64,000 nucleotides of DNA from Frigidibacter sp. SD6-1 (GCF_030143255.1 NZ_JARJNR010000005.1:122068-186067), one strand, 5' to 3'. Counted from the stretch's first letter, positions 19,729 through 29,014 are shown. A program made the numbers and translations. The notes: generated by a model not told the origin, from the sequence alone.

Positions 19729-20337
19729 TCAGGCCGCCAAAAGCGCCGCATCGGCGGCCAGCGTGCGCTGGCGGGCCGGACGCGCCATAGAGCGCGCCAC
19801 CCAGTCGCGGATCAGATCGTTGTCGGGCGTCGCGTCCGGCAGCCAGGCATAGGGCGAATGGACCAGAAGGTCGGCCGCGCTGTAGCTGTCGCCTAGGAGC
19901 CATGGCCCCTCTTCCAGCGCCGCGCGGAGCCTGGCCTTCACCTCTGCCGAACCGCGGAAGGTGCTGGTCAGGTATGGATGCGAGAGCCCCGCCATTTCGT
20001 GGATCAAGACCGGCTCCAGCACGCCCTGATACCAGGTAAGCCACATGGCGAACCGGCCCCAGTCCGCCGTGCCCACCCGGGGCGCGAGCCCGCTGTCGGG
20101 AAAGAGCGTGGTCAGATGCAGGATGATCGCGGCGCGTTCGGTGATCACTTGCCCGTCATGGACAAGCGCGGGCACCTTGGCCTCGGGATGGGGATTGGCC
20201 GGATCGGGCGCGCCCGACCCGTCATGGCGGGGAACGGTGACGATGCGCAGATCGACGCGGTCGGCGATGTCCATCTCGTCGAGCAGCGTGACGATCGTGG
20301 ACGAGCGGGAGTTCGGCGCATGAAAGAGGGTGAGCAT
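19729..20337 (-). CDS. Glutathione S-transferase
   Basis: GST N-terminal thioredoxin-like domain (MLTLFHAPNSRSS) and an alpha-helical C-terminal domain. 202 aa. Confidence 0.7.
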   Translation of the reverse strand: MLTLFHAPNSRSSTIVTLLDEMDIADRVDLRIVTVPRHDGSGAPDPANPHPEAKVPALVHDGQVITERAAIILHLTTLFPDSGLAPRVGTADWGRFAMWLTWYQGVLEPVLIHEMAGLSHPYLTSTFRGSAEVKARLRAALEEGPWLLGDSYSAADLLVHSPYAWLPDATPDNDLIRDWVARSMARPARQRTLAADAALLAA

Positions 20338-20407
20338 GATCGGTCCTTTCCGGTTTGTTGCGCCTGCTTTATGCTCCGGTCATCCTGTCAGAACCTGTCA
20401 GCATCCC

Positions 20408-21088
20408 ATGGCCCGCGCCGACCGTCTTCTTCGTCTTCTCACCGCTTTCCGGGTGCTGCCGCAACCGGTCACGGCCGCAAGGCTCGCGGCGGAAACCGGC
20501 GTGTCGGAACGCACGCTCTACCGCGATATCGAGGCGCTGCGCGCGGGCGGCGCGCTGATCGACGGGGCGCCGGGCCTTGGCTATGTGCTGACCGAGGACC
20601 CTGCGCTGCCGCCGCAGATGTTCACGCGGATCGAGGTGGAGGCGCTGGCGCTCGGCCTCGCCGAGGTCAGGCAGATGGGCGATCCCGCGCTTGCCCGAGG
20701 AGCTAAGGCGGCGATGGCCAAGATCACCGCGACACTGCCCGAACGGGTGCAGCGCCAGGCAATTCATGCCGTAAGCCATTCCGTGCGTTTCGATCCGCGT
20801 CCGCCCGCGCCCGCCCATGTCGGGCTGATCCGGGAAGCAAGCTGGGAGGAACGCGCGATCGACATCCGCTACCGGGATCTCGCGGGCAGGGAAAGCGAGC
20901 GGCGCATCTGGCCGCTCTCCATCGTCTGGTTCGAGCGCGCGCTGATGTGTCTTGCCTTCTGTACGCTGCGGCAGGATTTCCGGCGGTTCCATATCGCCCG
21001 GATGAGCGAGGTCCGGCTCACCGATGACTCATTCCGGCCGCGCCGGGTGGCGCTGTTGCGCGACTATGTGGCGATGGTGCGCGGATAA
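20408..21088 (+). CDS. YafY-family transcriptional regulator (HTH plus WYL domain)
   Basis: N-terminal DeoR-like HTH (RLLRLLTAF...ETGVSERTLYRDIEALR). C-terminal WYL-like domain (RIWPLSIVWFERALMCLAFC). Divergent from the GST gene. Confidence 0.7.
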   Translation: MARADRLLRLLTAFRVLPQPVTAARLAAETGVSERTLYRDIEALRAGGALIDGAPGLGYVLTEDPALPPQMFTRIEVEALALGLAEVRQMGDPALARGAKAAMAKITATLPERVQRQAIHAVSHSVRFDPRPPAPAHVGLIREASWEERAIDIRYRDLAGRESERRIWPLSIVWFERALMCLAFCTLRQDFRRFHIARMSEVRLTDDSFRPRRVALLRDYVAMVRG

Positions 21089-21119
21089 GGTTTCGTCCGG
21101 GCTGCGCCCGGCCGACCCG

Positions 21120-21140
21120 CCGGGGGGCGCTGCCCCCCGG
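21120..21140. terminator. GC-rich hairpin CCGGGGGGC-gct-GCCCCCCGG between the convergent YafY-like and hemN genes
   Basis: 9-bp perfect stem with a 3-nt loop in the 21089-21219 intergenic region. A second short hairpin CCGGGC-tgc-GCCCGG lies just upstream. Confidence 0.5.
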
Positions 21141-21219
21141 ACCCCCCGGAGTATTTCCAGACAGAAAGTGAGGGACTTGGGGTCTCGACTTCTTGCCCTG
21201 ACATGCTGTCGCCCCGCCG

Positions 21220-22575
21220 TCACACGGCCGGGCTGTGCCCCGCGCGCGACAGATCGTACCTGTCGAACGCCCGCGCGATCATCCGGGTCAGCGGCCGCGC
21301 GCGGTCGGGGATGTGAAACCCGGTGCGGTCGACCTCGACCATGTCGCCGAAGGGGCGGGCGGCATCGCCGAAGAGGCGCCCGAGCCCCGCGTCGTTCAGG
21401 CCGAAGCGGTCGCGCATCTCGCCCGCGTCGATATGGAAATCGCACATCAGCGCCTCGATCATCCTGGCGCGCATGAGGTCTTCCTCGCTGAACCGGTGCC
21501 CGCGCGTGACCGAGAGACGGCCGTCGCGAATGGCCTTCACATGGTCCGAGGTGGCCGGGGCGTTCTGGGCGTAGCCTTGAGGGAAACGCGAGATGGCCGA
21601 GGCGCCGACGCCGATCAGAACCGGGGCGAGATCGTCGGTATAGCCCTGGAAGTTCCGCCGGAGCCTGCCTGCAAGCGCGGCGCGCGCAAGGCCGTCGGCG
21701 GGCCGGGCGAAATGGTCGATGCCGACCTCGTCATAGCCGTCGGCGACGAAGAGCTTGCGGGCGGTTTCGAAGAGCTGCAGGCGCTCTTCGGGGGTGGGAA
21801 GGGCGTCGGACGGGATCATCTGCTGGCGGCGCGCCATCCAGGGCACATGGGCATAGCCGTAAAGCGCCACGCGGTCGGGGTTGAGCGCGAGAAGCTTTTC
21901 AACCGAGGCTGCGATCTTTGCCTCGGTCTGGTGCGGCAGGCCGTAAAGGATGTCGGCGTTCAGCGAGCCGATGCCGCGGGCGCGCAGCATCTCGACGGCG
22001 GCCTTCGTCACCTCGTAGCTCTGGTCCCGCCCGATGGCGCGCTGGATATCCGGATCGAAATCCTGCACGCCGATCGAAGCGCGGTTCATCCCCGCGCCGG
22101 CAAGTGCGTCAAGCCGTGCCTCATCCACCTCGTTGGGGTCGATCTCGACCGAGAACTCCGCATCCTCGGCCATCGGAAAGGCGTCGAAGATCGCGCCCGC
22201 CAGCATCTCGATGGCTTGCGGCGGCAAGAGGGTCGGCGTGCCGCCGCCCCAGTGGAGGCGCGACAGCGTGACGCCGGGCGCCACCAGGCGGCGGATCATC
22301 GCAAGTTCCGCGCGCAGCACCTCGGCATAGGCCAGAACCGGGTCGGCGCTTCTGGTGCCCTGCGTCCGGCAGGCGCAGAACCAGCACAGCCTGCGGCAAA
22401 AGGGTACATGCAGATAGAGCGATATCCGGCTTCCCGCCGGGATCGCCCTGAGCCAGCCCTCCATGTCCTGGCCGCCGACGGTCGATGAAAAATGCGGGGC
22501 GGTCGGATAGCTCGTATAACGCGGCACGCGCGCGTCGAAGAGACCCAGCCGGGCGAGTTGCGATTCCTGTTCCAT
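21220..22575 (-). CDS. hemN: Oxygen-independent coproporphyrinogen-III oxidase HemN (radical SAM)
   Basis: Radical-SAM motif YLHVPFCRRLCWFCAC and the HemN-specific C-terminal domain. Start at MEQESQ (22575). Confidence 0.85.
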   Translation of the reverse strand: MEQESQLARLGLFDARVPRYTSYPTAPHFSSTVGGQDMEGWLRAIPAGSRISLYLHVPFCRRLCWFCACRTQGTRSADPVLAYAEVLRAELAMIRRLVAPGVTLSRLHWGGGTPTLLPPQAIEMLAGAIFDAFPMAEDAEFSVEIDPNEVDEARLDALAGAGMNRASIGVQDFDPDIQRAIGRDQSYEVTKAAVEMLRARGIGSLNADILYGLPHQTEAKIAASVEKLLALNPDRVALYGYAHVPWMARRQQMIPSDALPTPEERLQLFETARKLFVADGYDEVGIDHFARPADGLARAALAGRLRRNFQGYTDDLAPVLIGVGASAISRFPQGYAQNAPATSDHVKAIRDGRLSVTRGHRFSEEDLMRARMIEALMCDFHIDAGEMRDRFGLNDAGLGRLFGDAARPFGDMVEVDRTGFHIPDRARPLTRMIARAFDRYDLSRAGHSPAV

Positions 22576-22609
22576 GGCCCTAGTTTGGGGGCGCGCAGAC
22601 ACAGGCTCC

Positions 22610-22623
22610 TTGATGCAAATCAA
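22610..22623. promoter_or_regulatory. Consensus FNR/FnrL box TTGAT-N4-ATCAA (TTGATGCAAATCAA)
   Basis: Perfect match to the FNR consensus at the divergent hemN/fnrL junction. Overlaps the fnrL ATG (22613). Centred 41.5 nt upstream of the hemN ATG. Confidence 0.75.
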
Positions 22624-23377
22624 TTCCCCGACCCAGGCCCCCGACCTCTCGAAGGGCGTCCGCGACTGCGGCGCCTGCCAGATCCGGCACCGGGCGGTCT
22701 GCGCGCGTTGCGAGCCCGACGAGCTCGCCCGTCTTGACGAGATCAAGTACTACCGCACCTACGAGGCGGGCCAGACCGTGGTCTGGGCGGGCGACCGGAT
22801 GGATTTCGTGGCCTCCGTCGTCACCGGCGTCGCGACGCTGACCCAGACGATGGAGGACGGGCGGACGCAGATGGTGGGGCTGCTGCTGCCCTCTGATTTC
22901 GTCGGCCGGCCGGGCCGCGACATCGCGCCCTACAATGTCATCGCCACCACCGACCTGATGATGTGCTGTTTCCGCAAGAAGCAGTTCGAGGCGCTTCTGG
23001 GCTCCACCCCCCATGTCAGCCAGCGCCTGCTGGAAATGACGCTCGACGAGCTGGATGCGGCGCGGGAATGGATGCTGCTTCTTGGCCGCAAGACCGCGCG
23101 GGAAAAGATCGCCTCGCTTCTGGCGATCATCGCCCGCCGCGACGCCTCGCTGAACCTGCGCCCGAGCCGGGGCCGGATGGTGTTCGATCTGGCGCTGACG
23201 CGCGAGGCGATGGCCGATTACCTCGGCCTGACGCTCGAAACCGTCAGCCGCCAGATGTCGCAGCTGAAGCGTGATGCGGTGATCGAGCTGGAAGGCAAGC
23301 GCCGCATCATCGTGCCCGATTTCGACCGGCTGATCGACGAGGCGGGCGATGACAGCGATGGCGGGTTCCTGGCGTGA
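22613..23377 (+). CDS. fnrL: FNR-type anaerobic transcriptional regulator (Crp/Fnr family)
   Basis: N-terminal Cys cluster CGACQIRHRAVCARC, cNMP-binding-like domain, C-terminal HTH with the FNR recognition helix (ETVSRQMSQLKRD). Near-identical in layout to Rhodobacter FnrL. Confidence 0.85.
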   Translation: MQINSPTQAPDLSKGVRDCGACQIRHRAVCARCEPDELARLDEIKYYRTYEAGQTVVWAGDRMDFVASVVTGVATLTQTMEDGRTQMVGLLLPSDFVGRPGRDIAPYNVIATTDLMMCCFRKKQFEALLGSTPHVSQRLLEMTLDELDAAREWMLLLGRKTAREKIASLLAIIARRDASLNLRPSRGRMVFDLALTREAMADYLGLTLETVSRQMSQLKRDAVIELEGKRRIIVPDFDRLIDEAGDDSDGGFLA

Positions 23378-23850
23378 TGCGAAAGCAGGTGCACCTGCGT
23401 TCAACGCGTCCGCTGCGCCATCGTGGGTGGCGCTGCAGGCGGCGGGCTGAGACATCCCCCCTTCATTGAGCTTTGCTTACCATATGCGAGGGATCTTGAT
23501 GCAAGAGGCTTGGCCTTCGAGGCCCCGGCGGCAATGACTTGCCGTCAGCCCATCCTTCCGCGAGGCGCCATCGGGCGAGCCCCTTGTTCAAGGGCCAAAA
23601 GGTGACCCGCCCGTGTTCTGACTGCCATTTGCATGTCCTGTCCGTCGCGCCGCCGCGCGACTTCTCGCAATCGGTCAGGGTCAGTGACAGGAAGCGTCGC
23701 GATCGCCGGGTCAGAAAGGCGGCGCGTGGCCCCGGGCCGTACGCGCTGCCGCCTCTTCAATATTGTCGCGCGCCGTTTCAACAGCCAACACGGAACTGCA
23801 CTGTCGGGCGGACACAGACGTGTGGCAGCAAGGCGTCCCGTTGAGAAGCG

Positions 23851-24723
23851 TCACGCCCGGACGAGCCGTTCATATTCGGTCGCGACGCGTTTCACGATCT
23901 CGCCGACCTCGAAATTATAGTCGCCGATCTGGCCGACAGGCGTCACTTCGGCCGCCGTTCCGGTCAGCCAGCACTGTTCGAACCCTTCCAGTTCCTCGGG
24001 CATGATATGGCGTTCATGCACCTTGATCTGCATGTCCTTCAGCATCTGGATAACGGTCTGGCGGGTCAGGCCGTTCAGGAAGCAGTCGGCCTTGGGCGTA
24101 TGGACCTCGCCATCCTTGACGAAGAAGATGTTCGCGCCCGTCGCCTCGGCCACATAGCCGCGATAGTCGAACATCATCGCGTCCGAACAGCCCTTGGCCT
24201 CGGCCGCGTGCTTGGACATGGTGCAGATCATGTAAAGGCCCGCAGCCTTCGCTTCCGAGGGGATCGTTGCGGGGTCCGGACGGCGCCATTTGGCGATGTC
24301 CAGTTTCGCGCCCTTCATCTTGGCGTCGCCGTAGTAATTGCCCCATTCCCAGGCCGCGACCGCCATCCGCACCGGATTGCGCTTGGCCGCCACGCCCATA
24401 TCCTCGCCCGCGCCACGCCAGGCCACCGCGCGCACATAGGCATCGGTCCAGCCGTTGGCCTTCAGGACCGCCTCTTTCGCCGCCTCGATCTGATCGACCG
24501 AATAAGGGATCGTCATGTCCAGCAGTTCACCCGAGCGGATCAGGCGCGCCGAATGTTCGCGGCTCTTGAAGATCTTGCCATTGTAGCAGCGCTCGCCCTC
24601 GAAGACCGAGGAGGCATAGTGCATCGCATGGGTCAGGATATGGACCTTCGCGTCGCGCCACTCGACCAGTTTCCCGTCCATCCAGATTTTGCCGTCACGA
24701 TCTTCATAGGAACCGGCCATCAT
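23851..24723 (-). CDS. ilvE: Branched-chain amino acid aminotransferase
   Basis: Fold-type IV PLP aminotransferase, 290 aa, with conserved IlvE motifs (EGERCYNG, catalytic Lys region). Confidence 0.85.
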   Translation of the reverse strand: MMAGSYEDRDGKIWMDGKLVEWRDAKVHILTHAMHYASSVFEGERCYNGKIFKSREHSARLIRSGELLDMTIPYSVDQIEAAKEAVLKANGWTDAYVRAVAWRGAGEDMGVAAKRNPVRMAVAAWEWGNYYGDAKMKGAKLDIAKWRRPDPATIPSEAKAAGLYMICTMSKHAAEAKGCSDAMMFDYRGYVAEATGANIFFVKDGEVHTPKADCFLNGLTRQTVIQMLKDMQIKVHERHIMPEELEGFEQCWLTGTAAEVTPVGQIGDYNFEVGEIVKRVATEYERLVRA

Positions 24724-24841
24724 GCCCTCCGCCCGATTTTCCGAATGTTGCGCGTTTTAGGTCCGGATCGGACATAATATTGCGCACTTTGCGACTCTCG
24801 CTAGCGATTCATTCTTGGAAAGTCAACATGACTGACATAAT

Positions 24842-24861
24842 ATCCCCGAACCGTTCGGGAT
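24842..24861. promoter_or_regulatory. Inverted repeat ATCCCCGAAC-c-GTTCGGGAT in front of the MarR-like gene (operator candidate)
   Basis: Near-perfect palindrome ending 19 nt before the ATG at 24880. Preceded by two copies of GACATAATAT (24771-24780 and 24834-24843) in an AT-rich spacer. Confidence 0.5.
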
Positions 24862-24879
24862 GAAACAATTGGGGCAGAC

Positions 24880-25392
24880 ATGTCGGAACCGGGCGCCGGC
24901 GCCAAACAGGGCGGGGAAAACCTGCTCTTCCTTACTGACGAGCAGCTCAGGAAAGGGATCGAGGCGATGTTTTTCGCCTATCGCGCCTTCACGGCCGATC
25001 CCGACCGGATTCTGGAAGGCATGGCCTATGGCCGCGCACATCACCGTGCCGTGCATTTCATCAACCGCCAGCCGGGGCTGACGGTAAACACGCTTCTCAC
25101 AGTCCTCGGCGTGACCAAACAGTCGTTGAACCGGGTCTTGCGCACGCTGATCGAGGACGGGCTGGTGGAAACCCGCGTCGGCCGCAAGGACAAGCGCGAG
25201 CGTCATCTCTACCTCACCGAAAAGGGCGCGGGCCTGGAACGCGAACTGAGCGAGGCGCAGCGCGCACGGATGCGCGCGGCCTATCGCGCCGCGGGGCCTT
25301 CCGCGGTGGCGGGCTTCCGGGATGTGCTGGAGGCGATGATGGACCCTGACCTGCGCCGCTATTACAGCACGATGAAGGACGGCAGCGCATGA
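24880..25392 (+). CDS. MarR-family transcriptional regulator (PetP-like)
   Basis: Winged-helix MarR core (LTVNTLLTVLGVTKQSLNRVLRTLIEDGLVE). ATGA overlap with the downstream response regulator, as in the R. capsulatus petP-petR pair. Confidence 0.75.
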   Translation: MSEPGAGAKQGGENLLFLTDEQLRKGIEAMFFAYRAFTADPDRILEGMAYGRAHHRAVHFINRQPGLTVNTLLTVLGVTKQSLNRVLRTLIEDGLVETRVGRKDKRERHLYLTEKGAGLERELSEAQRARMRAAYRAAGPSAVAGFRDVLEAMMDPDLRRYYSTMKDGSA

Positions 25393-26090
25393 CGGTGGGA
25401 ACCGAGGTTCATCTTCTGATCGTCGATGATGACGAGCGTATCCGGGGGCTTTTGCAGAAGTTCCTGATAAAGAACGGCTTTCTGGTGACAGCGGCCCGTG
25501 ACGCCGCGCATGCACGGCGCCTGATGGCCGGGCTGGAGTTCGACCTGATCGTGCTCGATGTGATGATGCCGGGCGAGGACGGGATCAGCCTGACCCGCGA
25601 CCTTCGGGCGAAACTTTCAACGCCGGTGCTGCTGCTGACCGCCAAGGGCGAGACATCGGACCGGATCGCGGGACTGGAAGCCGGGGCGGATGACTATCTG
25701 GCCAAACCTTTCGAGCCGAAGGAGCTGCTGCTCAGGATCAACGCCATCCTGCGCCGCAGCCCGGCGCCAGTTCAGGTCAAGGTGCCGAAAGTGCTGAATT
25801 TCGGGCCGGTGCGCTATGACGCCGACCGGGGCGAGATGTGGCGGGGTGAAGAGCTGGTGCGGCTGACCGCGACCGAGGCGCAGCTGATGCGCATCCTTGC
25901 CGCCCGCCCCGGCGAGGCGGTCAGCCGCACCGAACTGGTCGACGATCTGGGGCGCGGCGGCGGGCTGGCGCAGGAACGCGCGATCGACGTGCAGATCACA
26001 AGGCTGAGGCGCAAGTTCGAGGCCGATCCCAAGATGCCGCGCTATCTGCAGACGGTGCGGGGTGCGGGCTATATGCTGGCGCCGGAATAG
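25389..26090 (+). CDS. OmpR-family response regulator (PetR/CenR-like)
   Basis: Receiver domain (LIVDDDERIR..., phospho-Asp region LIVLDVMMPGEDG) and a winged-helix trans_reg_C domain. No cognate histidine kinase gene is adjacent. Confidence 0.8.
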   Translation: MTVGTEVHLLIVDDDERIRGLLQKFLIKNGFLVTAARDAAHARRLMAGLEFDLIVLDVMMPGEDGISLTRDLRAKLSTPVLLLTAKGETSDRIAGLEAGADDYLAKPFEPKELLLRINAILRRSPAPVQVKVPKVLNFGPVRYDADRGEMWRGEELVRLTATEAQLMRILAARPGEAVSRTELVDDLGRGGGLAQERAIDVQITRLRRKFEADPKMPRYLQTVRGAGYMLAPE

Positions 26091-26190
26091 GGCTCCTCGA
26101 TGCCTTCGGCACTCGTCGTGCGGATCAGCGAAGAGGGACGGCACGGACCGATGAGCGGCCGGGATTGGATATTTGGGCCAGAATGAAGCG

Positions 26191-27120
26191 ATGACGATCT
26201 TCCTGACCCACAATGCCGGTCTCGTCCATGAAACGCCGTCCGGCCACCCTGAACAGGTGGCGCGGCTTCAGGCGATCTATGGCGCGCTCCGGGCCGAGGA
26301 ATTCGCCGGTCTCGACCGCCGCGCGGCGCCCCTGGCCGACGAGGCCGAGGTGCTGCGCTGTCACGACAGGGGCCATCTCGACCGGCTGCGCGGCGCGCGG
26401 CCCGCGAAGGGCTGGGCGGCGCTCGACGGCGATACGTTCATGGCGCCCGGTTCCTTCGAGGCGGCGCTGCGGGCCGTCGGCGGCATGGAGGCCGCCGTCG
26501 ACGCAGTGCTGGCGGGCGAGGCGCCGAATGCCTTCCTTGCCATGCGCCCGCCCGGCCATCATGCCGAACCCGGCCGGGCGATGGGTTTCTGCCTCTTCTC
26601 GACCGTCGCCATCGGCGCGAAATATGCGCTGGAGGCGAAGGGCCTGTCCCGCATCGCAGTCCTCGATTTCGACGTCCATCACGGCAATGGCACGCAGGAT
26701 TGTCTGTGGGACGAGGCGCGCGCGATGTTCGTCTCCTCGCAGCAGATGCCGCTATATCCCGGCACGGGTTACGCGAGCGAGACGGGCGCGCATGGCCAGA
26801 TCGTCAACCTGCCGCTCTCCCCCGGCTCTGCCGGGCGCGAGATGCGCGCCGCCTGGGAAGGCGCGCTTGCGAAGCTTGCAGGGTTCAAGCCGGACCTGAT
26901 CCTCGTCAGCGCCGGTTTCGACGCCCATCGCGATGACCCGCTCGCGGGCCTGAACTGGACCGAGGCCGACTTCGCCTGGCTCACCCATGCGATCTGCGAC
27001 CTGGCCGACGATTGCTGCGGCGGGCGGGTGGTATCCTCGCTTGAGGGCGGCTATGATCTTGACGCGCTCGCCTCTTCGGTCGCGGCGCATGTCCGGGTAC
27101 TGATGGAGCGGGGCCGATGA
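26191..27120 (+). CDS. Histone-deacetylase-family protein (AcuC/HDAC-like), second paralog
   Basis: HDAC motifs: GFCLFSTVAIG, VLDFDVHHGNGTQ, LEGGY. An alternative TTG start at 26173 is possible. Confidence 0.75.
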   Translation: MTIFLTHNAGLVHETPSGHPEQVARLQAIYGALRAEEFAGLDRRAAPLADEAEVLRCHDRGHLDRLRGARPAKGWAALDGDTFMAPGSFEAALRAVGGMEAAVDAVLAGEAPNAFLAMRPPGHHAEPGRAMGFCLFSTVAIGAKYALEAKGLSRIAVLDFDVHHGNGTQDCLWDEARAMFVSSQQMPLYPGTGYASETGAHGQIVNLPLSPGSAGREMRAAWEGALAKLAGFKPDLILVSAGFDAHRDDPLAGLNWTEADFAWLTHAICDLADDCCGGRVVSSLEGGYDLDALASSVAAHVRVLMERGR

Positions 27121-27353
27121 GCGATATCGCGGCGATGACATTCGAAGCGGCGATGGCTGAACTTGAGGACGTGGTCCGCAAGCTGGAATCCGGCAATGTC
27201 GAACTGGAAAAGTCGATAGCGCTTTACGAGCGCGGCGCGGCGCTGAAGGCCCATTGCGAGGCCAAGCTCAAGGCAGCCGAGGAGCGGGTCGAGAAGATCA
27301 CGCTGAATGCTGACGGCATACCGACAGGGACCGTTCCCGCAGAAGGGCTCTAG
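27117..27353 (+). CDS. xseB: Exodeoxyribonuclease VII small subunit
   Basis: 78-aa helical protein with the XseB signature (FEAAMAELEDVVRKLESG...LE.S...YERG). ATGA overlap with the upstream gene. Confidence 0.85.
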   Translation: MSDIAAMTFEAAMAELEDVVRKLESGNVELEKSIALYERGAALKAHCEAKLKAAEERVEKITLNADGIPTGTVPAEGL

Positions 27354-28214
27354 GTGTTTTCCGACCGGCTGGCACAGGTACAAAGGCTGACCCAGACCGC
27401 GCTTGACGATGCGCTGGCCTTTCACCCGGACGTGCCCGTCGTTCACGCGATGCGCTACGCCCTGCAGGGCGGCAAGAGGCTCAGGGCCTTTCTGGTTCTG
27501 GAAAGCGCGAGGTTGCACGGTATCTACGACCCGGATGCTATGCCCGCCGCTGCCGCGGTCGAGGCGCTGCACGCCTATTCGCTGGTCCATGACGATCTTC
27601 CCAGCATGGACGATGACGATCTTCGGCGCGGCCAGCCGACCGTCCATGTGAAATGGGACGAGGCGACGGCGATCCTCGCGGGCGACGCGCTGCAGACGCT
27701 GGCGTTCGAACTCTGCTGCGACCCGATCCTCGGCGCACGGCGCATCGAGCTTGTGGCGGCCCTTGCCAGGGCCTCCGGCGCAGGGGGCATGGTTCTGGGC
27801 CAGGCGCTCGACATCGCGGCCGAAACGGCGGGCGCGCCCCTGACGCTCGACGAAATCACACGGCTGCAGGCCGGCAAGACCGGGGCGCTCATCACCTTCG
27901 CGGCAACGGCGGGCGCCATCCTCGCGGGCGCCGACACCCGGCCGCTGGAACGCTACGCCCGTGCCCTCGGCCTCGCCTTCCAGATCGCCGACGACATCCT
28001 CGACGTGGCGGGCGATCCGGCGAAGGCCGGAAAGAAGCTGCGCAAGGACGCGGGCGCGGGCAAGGCGACCTTCGTTTCGCTCCTCGGTATTGACGGCGCC
28101 CGCGCCAAGGCGCGCGATCTTGTCGCACAGGCGGAAGCGGCTCTCCTTGCGTATGGCGCGCGTGCGGATCTGTTGCGCGCGGCCGCCCGCTTCTCGATCG
28201 AACGGCAGGCCTGA
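27354..28214 (+). CDS. ispA: Farnesyl-diphosphate synthase (geranyltranstransferase)
   Basis: First and second Asp-rich motifs (LVHDDLPSMDDDDLRRG and FQIADDILD). GTG start immediately after the xseB stop. Confidence 0.85.
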   Translation: MFSDRLAQVQRLTQTALDDALAFHPDVPVVHAMRYALQGGKRLRAFLVLESARLHGIYDPDAMPAAAAVEALHAYSLVHDDLPSMDDDDLRRGQPTVHVKWDEATAILAGDALQTLAFELCCDPILGARRIELVAALARASGAGGMVLGQALDIAAETAGAPLTLDEITRLQAGKTGALITFAATAGAILAGADTRPLERYARALGLAFQIADDILDVAGDPAKAGKKLRKDAGAGKATFVSLLGIDGARAKARDLVAQAEAALLAYGARADLLRAAARFSIERQA

Positions 28215-28243
28215 TCAGCAGGCCCCCCTCGGCAATCCGGCTG

Positions 28244-29014
28244 TCAAAGGTCGGACAGGTTTGACCGCATCGACTCTATCAGCGCCTCGACAGGCATCGG
28301 GTCGATCGCGACCGAACCGTTGGATGCAGGATCGGGAAGGCCAAGAATGACATCATCAAAGGCAAGCACCATCTTTATCGCCGCCTGTTTGACCATCGCG
28401 TCTTCGCTCAGAACCAGCATGTCCAGCTGGTCGCGCGCAATCATCAGAAGACCCCAGCATTCCTGATACGAGACGATATCGGTCGATCCCGAAGGGTCGA
28501 GCATCTCCGCGCCCGCGCTCGTGGTCGCGATAACCGCCGAAAGCAGGTCCTGATCCGAAGGTTGCAGTGCTTGCTTGGCCTTCTCGACTTCGCCCAGCGC
28601 CGCAAGATACGCGGCATTCACTTCTTCGCGCGTCTTGGCATTTTCCAGAGCGATCAGTGCCGGTTCCAGATCAGGTGCGCCTGCTGCAGCCAGTCCGTCC
28701 TTGATGACGGGAAAGTTGTCGCGGCGCGGATGGGCGAAATGCGACCCTTCCGCACTAACCATACCCTCTTGAAGGAAAAGCTGCCCAAGCAGAAGGTCGC
28801 GCTCGATACCCATCAAGCCGGCAATCAGATTCGCAACCTGTTCGTTTGTCACGACAAGCTGGTGAAGATTCACTTGTTGTAGGTCGCGCGGCGCCTGAAC
28901 CGTAGGCGTTGCGGCGTCGGTCATGGTGGCGACAGTGAGGCCCGCAGCCAAGCACGCCGCACGGGCACCGAACTTGCTGAGGAATGCAACCTGTCTGATG
29001 AGATATTCTTGCAT
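28244..29014 (-). CDS. Hypothetical secreted all-helical protein, low-GC islet
   Basis: ATG at 29014 with a strong AAGGAG ribosome-binding site. Signal-peptide-like N-terminus (FGARAACLAAGLTVATMTDA). Local GC clearly below the flanks. Interrupts the usual ispA-dxs adjacency. No recognised domain. Confidence 0.5.
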   Translation of the reverse strand: MQEYLIRQVAFLSKFGARAACLAAGLTVATMTDAATPTVQAPRDLQQVNLHQLVVTNEQVANLIAGLMGIERDLLLGQLFLQEGMVSAEGSHFAHPRRDNFPVIKDGLAAAGAPDLEPALIALENAKTREEVNAAYLAALGEVEKAKQALQPSDQDLLSAVIATTSAGAEMLDPSGSTDIVSYQECWGLLMIARDQLDMLVLSEDAMVKQAAIKMVLAFDDVILGLPDPASNGSVAIDPMPVEALIESMRSNLSDL

